DNA of 64,000 nt from Clostridiales bacterium (GTDB lineage Bacteria; Bacillota; Clostridia; Oscillospirales; CAG-272), in the NCBI GenBank assembly GCA_012514145.1, contig JAAZAV010000033.1, positions 8,153-72,152 on the forward strand, written 5' to 3'. Positions within the stretch are counted from its first letter, which is position 1; each line of letters opens with the position of its first letter. Below, in pieces: positions 28,402-35,755 of the stretch. The notes below the pieces were generated by a model, which was not told the origin of the DNA, did not search any database, and saw only the letters and a list, made by a program, of their open reading frames with translations. Both the position numbers and the translations under genes were made by a program.

Positions 28402-29472
28402 CTAATTCAATGCGTCTTTCAGAACGGACAGATTTTTCTCGGCGATTGAAAGATATGTGGCGCCGTTAGTTACGTCTTTGGCGGCTACCGACTGCATTGA
28501 GTCCAGAACAAGGATACGCTGATTCTTCGACTTTGTGTTCTGAACGATGGTCTCGGCGATACGATGATCGCTCCCTTCGAGGGCGATCACCGCCGGAAGT
28601 GAAAGCTCATCCAGCTTCTTTGAAAGGAAGGCTATTGTCTCAAAGTCAGCCTCCGTTTCGGCAGAGCAGCCTGCGAAAGCGGCGTAATAGTCCAGTCCGT
28701 AATCATCGGTCAGGTACCGGAAGGGGAAACGGTCTCCGAAGAGAAGCGTATTGAAGGCGGCGCCGTCGACCGCGGACCGATACATGGCGTCAAGGGCGTT
28801 CAGCTTTTCGATATAAGCCGAGGAGTTGGCTTTATAGATATCCCTGTTGTCGGGATCAATGGTCTGAATTGCTTCGGAGATTATCTCAACCGAAGCCGCC
28901 GCGTTGCGCAGAGAGAGCCAGACATGTTCGTCATATTCGGTTCCGCTCCCGCCGTGTTCGTCATCATCTTCATGTTCATGTTCGTGCTCATGTTCGCCGC
29001 CGCCGTGATCCTCGTCTTTTTCGTCGCCATGATCATGATCATGCCCCTGCATGCCCTCCGCCAGTTCTTCTTCCTTGACAGCATCGCCCAGGACATCCAG
29101 CAGGCTGATAACGACCATATCCTTATTAGCGGCTCCTTTAAGAGCGGCGTCCGCCCATTCGTCGGACTCCCCTCCCACATAGATAAACAGGTCGCAGGTC
29201 GATATCTTAAGAATATCATTTGCCGTAGGCTGATAGCTGTGGAGATCGACTCCGCTGTCAAGGAGCATGGTCACCCGGACATCCGCCGGATTCTCTCCGA
29301 TGATATTCATAACCCAGTCGTATTCGGGAAAGATTGTCGCAACAATTTCTATTTCGCCTTCGCCGCCGTCTGCCGACGATTTAGTGTTTCCGTGACCGCA
29401 GGCGGACAGGCAGCCGGCCGCTATAACGGCGGCAATTACAATTATAACGCAAAGATTTTTTCTCACAAACAT
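28402..29472 (-). CDS. znuA: metal ABC transporter substrate-binding lipoprotein with His/Asp/Glu-rich loop
   Basis: Lipobox LSAC|GH. ZnuA/TroA-type fold motifs. Loop HDHDHGDEKDEDHGGGEHEHEHEHEDDDEHGG. Confidence 0.85.
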   Translation of the reverse strand: MFVRKNLCVIIVIAAVIAAGCLSACGHGNTKSSADGGEGEIEIVATIFPEYDWVMNIIGENPADVRVTMLLDSGVDLHSYQPTANDILKISTCDLFIYVGGESDEWADAALKGAANKDMVVISLLDVLGDAVKEEELAEGMQGHDHDHGDEKDEDHGGGEHEHEHEHEDDDEHGGSGTEYDEHVWLSLRNAAASVEIISEAIQTIDPDNRDIYKANSSAYIEKLNALDAMYRSAVDGAAFNTLLFGDRFPFRYLTDDYGLDYYAAFAGCSAETEADFETIAFLSKKLDELSLPAVIALEGSDHRIAETIVQNTKSKNQRILVLDSMQSVAAKDVTNGATYLSIAEKNLSVLKDALN

Positions 29473-29655
29473 TACCTCTTTATATTGCTGATTACATTTT
29501 TATATTACCGATTACATTCATGATTTCAGGCGCAAAAGCACAAGGGTACGGCGACAGCCCTGAATCCCGCATGCGCCATAACCCGCATGTGCTTACGGGT
29601 ATGCCCATGCGTGCACACCCGTAAGCGGGCATATCTCACCCTTGTCGGAGGTCGG

Positions 29656-30030
29656 TTAATTGTTCAGACGGACTTTTTTTATGACAAGCGTATCTAGCGC
29701 AAAATCAGACGAGAAAAGACACGCGGAAACAAACAGGAATATTATCGGAACAACCGCCGAAACGAGGGCGGCTTTACCGTTGCCGATTTGATGCAGAGTA
29801 TTTTCACACTGCCGAATGCAGAGACAGACAGGGCAATCATCACCCGAACAATCATGGCACGCCTCGGCGGCGGAATAAAAAGGAGAAAACAGAATGACGG
29901 CAAGAACGGTCAGCACAATTATCCCTGCCGTAATTCTATTGAGTTTCAAAATATCCGGATTATACACTTGCCGTTTCCTCCTTCCCCGAATCATGAATCT
30001 TACGAATTTATGTAAACGCATTTTTCGCAC
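29656..30030 (-). CDS. small Cys-rich two-TM membrane protein between zur and znuA
   Basis: Cluster CHDCSGDDCPVCLCIRQC lies between two TM helices. It overlaps the zur stop by 31 nt. The start is uncertain; MRL and MIR alternatives exist. Confidence 0.5.
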   Translation of the reverse strand: MRKMRLHKFVRFMIRGRRKRQVYNPDILKLNRITAGIIVLTVLAVILFSPFYSAAEACHDCSGDDCPVCLCIRQCENTLHQIGNGKAALVSAVVPIIFLFVSACLFSSDFALDTLVIKKVRLNN

Positions 30031-30425
30031 AGTCCGTAGAAAACCGTGCGCTTGGGATTCAGCTTGAAGCGGTGCTCATCATACATATGAGTCTGCAGCT
30101 CCTCGATTTCATCGCAGCGCAGGTGGATCAGCTTCCCGCACTTTTCGCATTTGCAGTGAAAGCAGCTCTCGGCATCGGCATGGCTGTCAGCGCCGACATA
30201 TTCAAAACAGGCGGGGCCGTTTACATCTATGACGTATTTGTTTACGAGACCTTCGTCGACGAGACCTTCGAGCCGGCGGTAGACCGTGGATTGCCCGATC
30301 GTCGCTCCCTGCTCCCTGAAATATTCGCACACATCGCCGGCGGTAATGTGAACGCCCCGGACGGTCTCGAGATAACAAAGCAGCAATTCCCGCTGCTTTG
30401 TCTTGTACTTTGGCCATGAATTCAT
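30000..30425 (-). CDS. zur: Fur-family transcriptional repressor, probably Zur
   Basis: Winged-helix N-terminus (QRELLLCYL...STVYRRLEGL). CxxC pairs CFHCKCEKCG and CEKC. Operon context with znuACB. ATG at 30425 (MNSWPKY). Confidence 0.75.
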   Translation of the reverse strand: MNSWPKYKTKQRELLLCYLETVRGVHITAGDVCEYFREQGATIGQSTVYRRLEGLVDEGLVNKYVIDVNGPACFEYVGADSHADAESCFHCKCEKCGKLIHLRCDEIEELQTHMYDEHRFKLNPKRTVFYGLCEKCVYINS

Positions 30426-30453
30426 TAAACGGAAACACCTCCTCGCGCCGATA

Positions 30454-30468
30454 TGAGAACTGTTCCCA
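30454..30468. promoter_or_regulatory. candidate Fur-family 7-1-7 operator, box 2
   Basis: TGAGAAC-T-GTTCCCA is 6/7 palindromic and lies immediately downstream of the zur -10. Confidence 0.45.
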
Positions 30469-30497
30469 ATTATAACGCCGTTCCGGCGTTTTGTCAA
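30469..30497 (-). promoter_or_regulatory. consensus sigma-A promoter of the zur operon
   Basis: On the minus strand: TTGACA (30492-30497), 17 nt, TATAAT (30469-30474). Confidence 0.7.
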
Positions 30498-30503
30498 TAG
30501 ATT

Positions 30504-30518
30504 TGGGAATGATTCCCA
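30504..30518. promoter_or_regulatory. candidate Fur-family 7-1-7 operator, box 1
   Basis: Perfect palindrome TGGGAAT-G-ATTCCCA just upstream of the -35. Confidence 0.5.
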
Positions 30519-30580
30519 TTTTTGTTCTCGGCAAACCGAAATCAAAATACAAAAAATATTGTAATAATTGTAATAAACAT

Positions 30581-30608
30581 TGTAACGTTTTCCCGTTTTC
30601 CGCGTTAG
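30581..30608 (+). promoter_or_regulatory. ECF-type promoter (AAC-N16-CGT) upstream of the sigma gene
   Basis: TGTAAC (30581-30586), 16 nt, CGTTAG (30603-30608). Resembles autoregulated ECF promoters such as the SigW type. Confidence 0.45.
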
Positions 30609-30629
30609 TATGTCGAAAGGAGGGGAAGT

Positions 30630-31124
30630 ATGGAATTTGAACAGGTATATGAAAAGTACTTCAAAGACGTTTACCGACTGATACTCGGCATGATCCGCGA
30701 CCCGAACGAGGCGGAAGATATCGCTCAGGAGACTTTTCTGAAAGCCCTCGCTTCAATCGGTTCTTTCGACGGTTCAAAGGATATCCGCGCCTGGCTCTTT
30801 ACAATAGCGAAAAACATCCTGTTCTCCAGGCGCCGGAAAAACAGGCGTATTTCGGACGCGGATTTCGACTTTTCGACCGTCGAGGACACGGGAGTCAGTT
30901 TCGCTGAGGAGTTTGCGGATAAAGAATCGGCGTTCAGGCTGCATCGGTATCTGCATGAGATGGACGAGCCGTACAAAGAGGTCTTCACCCTGCGCGTGTT
31001 CGGGGAGCTGGACTTCAAAAGCATCGGAAGGCTTTTTCAGAAGACCGACAGCTGGGCGCGGGTTACCTTCTTTCGCGCCAAGAACATGATTTACAAATAC
31101 TGGAAGGAGACGGAAAATGAATAG
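30630..31124 (+). CDS. ECF-family RNA polymerase sigma factor
   Basis: Region 2 (DIAQETFLKAL) and region 4 (PYKEVFTLRVFGELDFKSIG) are present. Confidence 0.88.
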   Translation: MEFEQVYEKYFKDVYRLILGMIRDPNEAEDIAQETFLKALASIGSFDGSKDIRAWLFTIAKNILFSRRRKNRRISDADFDFSTVEDTGVSFAEEFADKESAFRLHRYLHEMDEPYKEVFTLRVFGELDFKSIGRLFQKTDSWARVTFFRAKNMIYKYWKETENE

Positions 31125-31716
31125 GACAAGAGAATGCGGTATCGTGCGGGATCTGATACCGCTTCATATCGACCGGGCTGCGAGCGAAAGCTCCGAAAGA
31201 TTTATTGCGGAACACCTGGAAAACTGCGCCGAATGCAGGAAATATCTCGAGGAAACCGCCGGCAGGCTTGTTATCCCCGCAGCTGCCGTGGATCAGGCGG
31301 AAGAACGGAAATCATTTAAGAAGTTCAGGAAACTCATAAATAAGAAGCTTATAATCGCAGTTGTGGTTACAGCCGCAATAACGCTGCTTTTAATCGGCTG
31401 CATTGTTATCCCTTCAAGGGTTGAAATCGGTGTTGATCCGTCGGAAGTAGACTTCCGAGAATCCGACGGGCGGATTGCCATGAGTTATTCGGGAGAGGGA
31501 GATCTGAGGTGGAGAGCGTGGAGCATTGAATCCGAATACGGCTCAAAGACATTGGTTGTCGAATTCTGGCAGACGCTCTGGGATCGCTATGTATCGCCGA
31601 TTTACGACCGTGAGGAACATATTTACTATCTCGGGGAAGCCGATAAGGTAAGCGTTATATTCGGCATCGACGGCGAAGTACTCTGGACAAACATTCCGGA
31701 CTCGGATGCCGGCTGA
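31117..31716 (+). CDS. anti-sigma factor (zf-HC2 type) with one TM segment
   Basis: HLENCAECRKYL zinc-finger motif, one TM (LIIAVVVTAAITLLLIGCIVI), and an 8-nt overlap with the sigma gene. Confidence 0.75.
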   Translation: MNRTRECGIVRDLIPLHIDRAASESSERFIAEHLENCAECRKYLEETAGRLVIPAAAVDQAEERKSFKKFRKLINKKLIIAVVVTAAITLLLIGCIVIPSRVEIGVDPSEVDFRESDGRIAMSYSGEGDLRWRAWSIESEYGSKTLVVEFWQTLWDRYVSPIYDREEHIYYLGEADKVSVIFGIDGEVLWTNIPDSDAG

Positions 31717-31746
31717 ATAAGTCTGCCGCAGTCTGAAAAGATAACT

Positions 31747-31784
31747 AACGCGGGAGTGTATCTTAAACCATACACTCCCGCGTT
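31747..31784. terminator. 15-bp hairpin between the convergent anti-sigma and MaoC genes
   Basis: AACGCGGGAGTGTAT (31747-31761) pairs with ATACACTCCCGCGTT (31770-31784). A T-rich tract follows on the minus strand. Confidence 0.6.
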
Positions 31785-31816
31785 AACATTCAGCGTTATA
31801 AAAACGACAAAAGCAC

Positions 31817-32266
31817 TCACTCTAATCCCGAGTCCCGCAGAGGTCTGCATTTTACGACCGCTTCGGTGATGTTTGTCAGAACCAATTCGCCGTTCTGGTT
31901 ATGCACCTCAATGGTCAGCTCAACAAGTCCGTTTTTGGCGCTGCGCTTCACGGCTTTCGTGACGGCTGCCTTTGCCGTGAGAACATCGCCTGCGAATACC
32001 GGTTTCAGCCATTCGATTTTGGTGGACTTGCCGGCGAGCAGTTCGTCGCCGAAAAGGTCGACCTCGAGATACTTCGCCCACACCGACATAAAGGACATCA
32101 CACCCGGCGCGATAAGCCTGCCGAAGGGCGTGTTTTTCGCGTATTCCTCATCGGTGTGGAGAGGGATATTGTCGTATTCGCGGGCAAAATCGATCATCTT
32201 TTCTTTTTCTATGACCGCGGGCGCGATATCGACGGTCATGCCGGGTTTTATATCGTCAAAATACAT
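31817..32266 (-). CDS. MaoC-like (R)-hydratase/dehydratase, hot-dog fold
   Basis: 149 aa. DFAREYDNIPLHTDEEYA...FGRLIAPG is typical of the MaoC dehydratase domain. Confidence 0.8.
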   Translation of the reverse strand: MYFDDIKPGMTVDIAPAVIEKEKMIDFAREYDNIPLHTDEEYAKNTPFGRLIAPGVMSFMSVWAKYLEVDLFGDELLAGKSTKIEWLKPVFAGDVLTAKAAVTKAVKRSAKNGLVELTIEVHNQNGELVLTNITEAVVKCRPLRDSGLE

Positions 32267-32573
32267 AATGTCACCTCAGGAATTTTACTCAATGGCTGCG
32301 CCGTGGAAAAAACAAGACCCGGCTCAAAGCCCGCGGACAGCTTCGAGACGGGTGTCAGTAATACAACACTCGCTGCATAATGGTTATTCGCCGTTAATAT
32401 GGTTAATATATTTATCATAAAAAGGAATGTTTGTCAATGACTTTACGGTTATATTAGCATATTGTTTACAATATCGGCGTGTGAATATTGTCTTTTCCGA
32501 TTTATATTCGGCCTGACGAACCGCGGCAATACGCAAAACAGCGTAATCTTTTGTGTTTTTTCGAAAAAAGCTA

Positions 32574-32602
32574 TTGACAACTCCGCCGTGATATGGTATA
32601 CT
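32574..32602 (+). promoter_or_regulatory. sigma-A-like promoter for tRNA-Ala
   Basis: TTGACA (32574-32579), 17 nt, TATACT (32597-32602). Confidence 0.6.
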
Positions 32603-32678
32603 GCCGTGGCATTGCGGAGAACGCACCCCCTGCCGACCCGCATATAGCGAAAGACAATATATGCTCTTTCCCGCATAC

Positions 32679-32754
32679 GGGGGTATAGCTCAGCTGGGAG
32701 AGCGCTTGAATGGCATTCAAGAGGCCAGCGGTTCGATCCCGCTTATCTCCACCA
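32679..32754 (+). tRNA. tRNA-Ala (anticodon GGC)
   Basis: 76-nt cloverleaf folded by hand. Acceptor GGGGGTA/TATCTCC carries the G3:U70 identity pair. Anticodon stem CTTGA/TCAAG with loop ATGGCAT, T-arm AGCGG-TTCGATC-CCGCT, and encoded CCA. Confidence 0.93.
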
Positions 32755-32775
32755 TATCAAGAGAAAGAGCATTGA

Positions 32776-32810
32776 CCTCGCTTCTGAAAAGAAGCGGGGT
32801 TTTTATTTTT
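32776..32810 (+). terminator. intrinsic terminator after tRNA-Ala
   Basis: CCTCGCTTC pairs with GAAGCGGGG, followed by TTTTTATTTTT. Confidence 0.8.
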
Positions 32811-33010
32811 ACACACATTTGACTTATATTTCAGCGTGTCCGCGCAATTAACGGCCGTTTTCTCTTGTGTTTTCGCGGATTGTGCGGTATAATATACTGA
32901 AACGCGCCGCGGGAAAACGCAATGGGGTTTCCGAAACTCACCACAATATTATACCCGCCTTCCCGCCGCGAACACAAACATAAACACAGAGATTGACACG
33001 ACACAAACAA

Positions 33011-34732
33011 ATGCGAAAAATCCGGACAGCCATACTTCTGATTTTGTTCCTTATTCTGACAATAACCCCACTCCCGCTCCCGCTCTTCGCCGTCAACTCC
33101 GGCGGTGACATCGTGATCATGCTTGACCCGGGTCACAGCGAGATGGACGGCGGCGGCACCTATGCCGGCGACCACCGGGAGTGCTGGTACAATATGAAGG
33201 TAGCCCTTGCCTGCAAAGCCGCCCTTGAAGCTCACGGCGGTTTTAAGGTATATCTGTCACACCCCGACAACAACACCGCGGCGTCGCTGCTTGAGCGCGC
33301 TATGGAAGCCGACAGGGTGAACGCCGATATGATACTCTCAATCCACTTCGACGGCTCCACAACCAAAAGTCTCAACGGCGCTTCGGCGATGATTTCCGTT
33401 CTGCCCGAGTTCAGTCTCGGCGACCTGGCATCGATGTTTCTTGAGAACCTTTCCGCGGATACGGGGATTGGCATACGCGGCGTTTACAGCCGTTCGGACA
33501 CCGGCGACGGCGAGCATCTTTATTACTGGAACCGCAAGTATCAGTGGGACATACCCGACGACAAGAAGGCGGGACCCCTTTCCGACTATTACGGCATAAT
33601 CAGCTGGGGCGCCAAATTCGGCATACCCGCCGTTATAGTCGAGCACGGATTTCTCACAAATCCCTCCGATCGCGCCCTTGCCGAGGACGAGAACAATCTG
33701 CGACTCATGGGCATCGCCGACGCCAACGCCATAATCGAGTACTACACCAACCACACCCACAAATGGGAGGCGAGCCGCACCGACTATCCCACCTCCTGCT
33801 GTTTCCGGGGCAAAGCGTCGCAGCACTGCTCGATCTGCAAGGCGCGGCGAAACACCGTCTATCTTGCCTCCGCGCCCAACGACAACCACTACTACTATAT
33901 TTCAAGCAGAACCTACCCCACCTGCACCCGCAACGGATATACTGTATACACCTGCCGCTACGCCGCCAATCTGACCGATAAAGGCTATGATGTGGGCTCC
34001 CATGAATACAAGGTGACCGCCTACCGTCTCGGTCATAAATATGAGGTGACCGAGTACCGGGAGGTCACTCACACCACAGACGGGATCCGCACTCAGGTAT
34101 GCACCCGCTGCGGCGATACAAAAACCGAGATAACTCCCGCCGAGGGACACAGTTTTGTCACCCTGGAGGATACACTCCCCACCTGCACCGCCGACGGCAG
34201 CTATTCGCGGCGCTGCACGGTGTGCGGCGAGACGGTTACGGTCAATCGTCCTTCCCCGGGTCACAGCTACACGGTTACCGCCGACCGGCCGGTCACCTGC
34301 ACCGCCGACGGCATACACACGGAGGTCTGTTCCGTCTGCGGCGACACGGTCACCGAACTCATTCCCGCCGCGGGCCACAGCATGAAGGTGACGGAACACA
34401 GCGAGCCGACCTGCACCACCGCCGGACTGCATGTCGAGCGCTGCTCCGAATGCGGCGAGGAGGTGAGGGAACTGACAGCTCCTCTCGGTCACAGCTGGGA
34501 CGAGGGCAGGTTTCTGCGGGAGCCCACCCCCTTCAGAGAGGCGCGGGTGCTCTATGTCTGCACGAGAGACCCGGCACATACCCGGGAGGTCACACTGCCC
34601 CGGACGATGGGCAAGGGAGCGGTGCTGGGCAGAATCACACTCTTCGGCTGTACGGTAATTGCACTGCCCGTCTGCGCATCCGCAATAATGCGTCTTGTGC
34701 GCCGCCGCAGGGATCGGAGGAGACTTGTTTAA
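33011..34732 (+). CDS. N-acetylmuramoyl-L-alanine amidase (Amidase_3) with Cys-rich tandem repeats and C-terminal TM anchor
   Basis: Signal peptide MRKIRTAILLILFLILTITPLPLPLFA. Amidase_3 motifs are MLDPGHS, SIHFD and VEHGF. At least 5 repeats of GHx...(P)TCTxxGxxxxxCxxCG. The C-terminus has a TM plus RRRRDRRR. The start is uncertain because no good SD is present. Confidence 0.8.
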   Translation: MRKIRTAILLILFLILTITPLPLPLFAVNSGGDIVIMLDPGHSEMDGGGTYAGDHRECWYNMKVALACKAALEAHGGFKVYLSHPDNNTAASLLERAMEADRVNADMILSIHFDGSTTKSLNGASAMISVLPEFSLGDLASMFLENLSADTGIGIRGVYSRSDTGDGEHLYYWNRKYQWDIPDDKKAGPLSDYYGIISWGAKFGIPAVIVEHGFLTNPSDRALAEDENNLRLMGIADANAIIEYYTNHTHKWEASRTDYPTSCCFRGKASQHCSICKARRNTVYLASAPNDNHYYYISSRTYPTCTRNGYTVYTCRYAANLTDKGYDVGSHEYKVTAYRLGHKYEVTEYREVTHTTDGIRTQVCTRCGDTKTEITPAEGHSFVTLEDTLPTCTADGSYSRRCTVCGETVTVNRPSPGHSYTVTADRPVTCTADGIHTEVCSVCGDTVTELIPAAGHSMKVTEHSEPTCTTAGLHVERCSECGEEVRELTAPLGHSWDEGRFLREPTPFREARVLYVCTRDPAHTREVTLPRTMGKGAVLGRITLFGCTVIALPVCASAIMRLVRRRRDRRRLV

Positions 34733-34847
34733 CGCGAAGATGCGCCGAAGGTTTTTGAGGTTCGGCTTGCCCGCCGCCGCCGGGAACAGTCGACAATATT
34801 ATAAATATTATATAATCGCAAATAATCACACAAGAAGGTAATATATC

Positions 34848-35624
34848 ATGCAATTCGTCTGCAATCTCCACACCCACACCTATCGCTGTTTCCACGCCGA
34901 ACCCGACGAGCGCGCCTATATCGAGAGCGCCATTGCCGGCGATATTGACACCCTCGGGTTTTCAGACCACTCGCCCTATATTTTCGATGACGGCTACTAC
35001 TCCGACTACCGCATGTTCCCGGAGGATCAGGAAGGCTATGTCCGCACTCTTGAGGCTCTCAGAGAGGAATACCGCGGCAAAATAGACATAAAAATCGGCT
35101 ACGAAGCCGAATACTACCCCAAATACTTTGACGCCTTTCTCAAAATGATACGCCGCTTCCCCTGCGACTATATGATACTCGGGCAGCACTTCCTGCAGAA
35201 TGAAGTCAACCCGCGAATCAACCCGAGCAAATTAACCGAGGATCCGAAGATGCTTGAAGGCTATGTCAATCAGGTCTGCGAGGCAATTGACACCGGGCTT
35301 TTTACATACATCGCCCACCCCGACTACTGCCGCTTCATCGGCGACAAGAAAATATACGACGAGATTTACTCAAAGATGATTGAAGCCGCCCGCGACGCCG
35401 GCGTACCGCTGGAGATAAATCTGACGGGTCTGCGCGAAAAACGCTTCTATCCCGACGAGAAGTTCTTTGAACTCTGCGGGAAGTTAGGCGCGCCGGTCTG
35501 CATAGGCTCGGACGCCCACTCAGCCGACACGGTAACCGACCCGGAGAGCTATGCGAAAGCGCTGGAGTGGTGCCGCAGATACAACCTGATTCTCATCGAC
35601 CGCCCGGTTCTGCGCCCCGTCTGA
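34848..35624 (+). CDS. PHP-domain histidinol-phosphatase-family protein (HisJ-like)
   Basis: NLHTHTYRCFHA, GFSDHSP and IAHPDY are PHP metal-ligand motifs. Confidence 0.7.
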   Translation: MQFVCNLHTHTYRCFHAEPDERAYIESAIAGDIDTLGFSDHSPYIFDDGYYSDYRMFPEDQEGYVRTLEALREEYRGKIDIKIGYEAEYYPKYFDAFLKMIRRFPCDYMILGQHFLQNEVNPRINPSKLTEDPKMLEGYVNQVCEAIDTGLFTYIAHPDYCRFIGDKKIYDEIYSKMIEAARDAGVPLEINLTGLREKRFYPDEKFFELCGKLGAPVCIGSDAHSADTVTDPESYAKALEWCRRYNLILIDRPVLRPV

Positions 35625-35676
35625 TGACAGTAAGAGGCGCGCCTCTCTCTCTGTCCGCAAAATTTACAATCTCCCC

Positions 35677-35705
35677 TTGAACTTCCCCCGACAGTCGCAT
35701 ATAAT
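35677..35705 (+). promoter_or_regulatory. sigma-A-like promoter for paralogue 4
   Basis: TTGAAC (35677-35682), 17 nt, TATAAT (35700-35705). Confidence 0.5.
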
Positions 35706-35755
35706 AATGCAGACTCCACCGTGAAACGGACGAAATATAACAAGGGAGAGAAAAT

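Noticed and set aside
28920-29020. Repetitive CATGAT/CATGTT-type DNA that looks like a microsatellite or short repeat array.
   Set aside because: It encodes the His/Asp/Glu-rich metal-scavenging loop typical of ZnuA-type binding proteins (HDHDHGDEKDEDHGGGEHEHEHEHEDDDEH).
32860-33010. Possible riboswitch (for example c-di-AMP type) in the ~100-nt leader of the Cys-repeat amidase gene.
   Set aside because: Only a 7-bp long-range pairing (GCGGGAA/TTCCCGC) could be found. I could not match any conserved aptamer core, so the evidence is insufficient.
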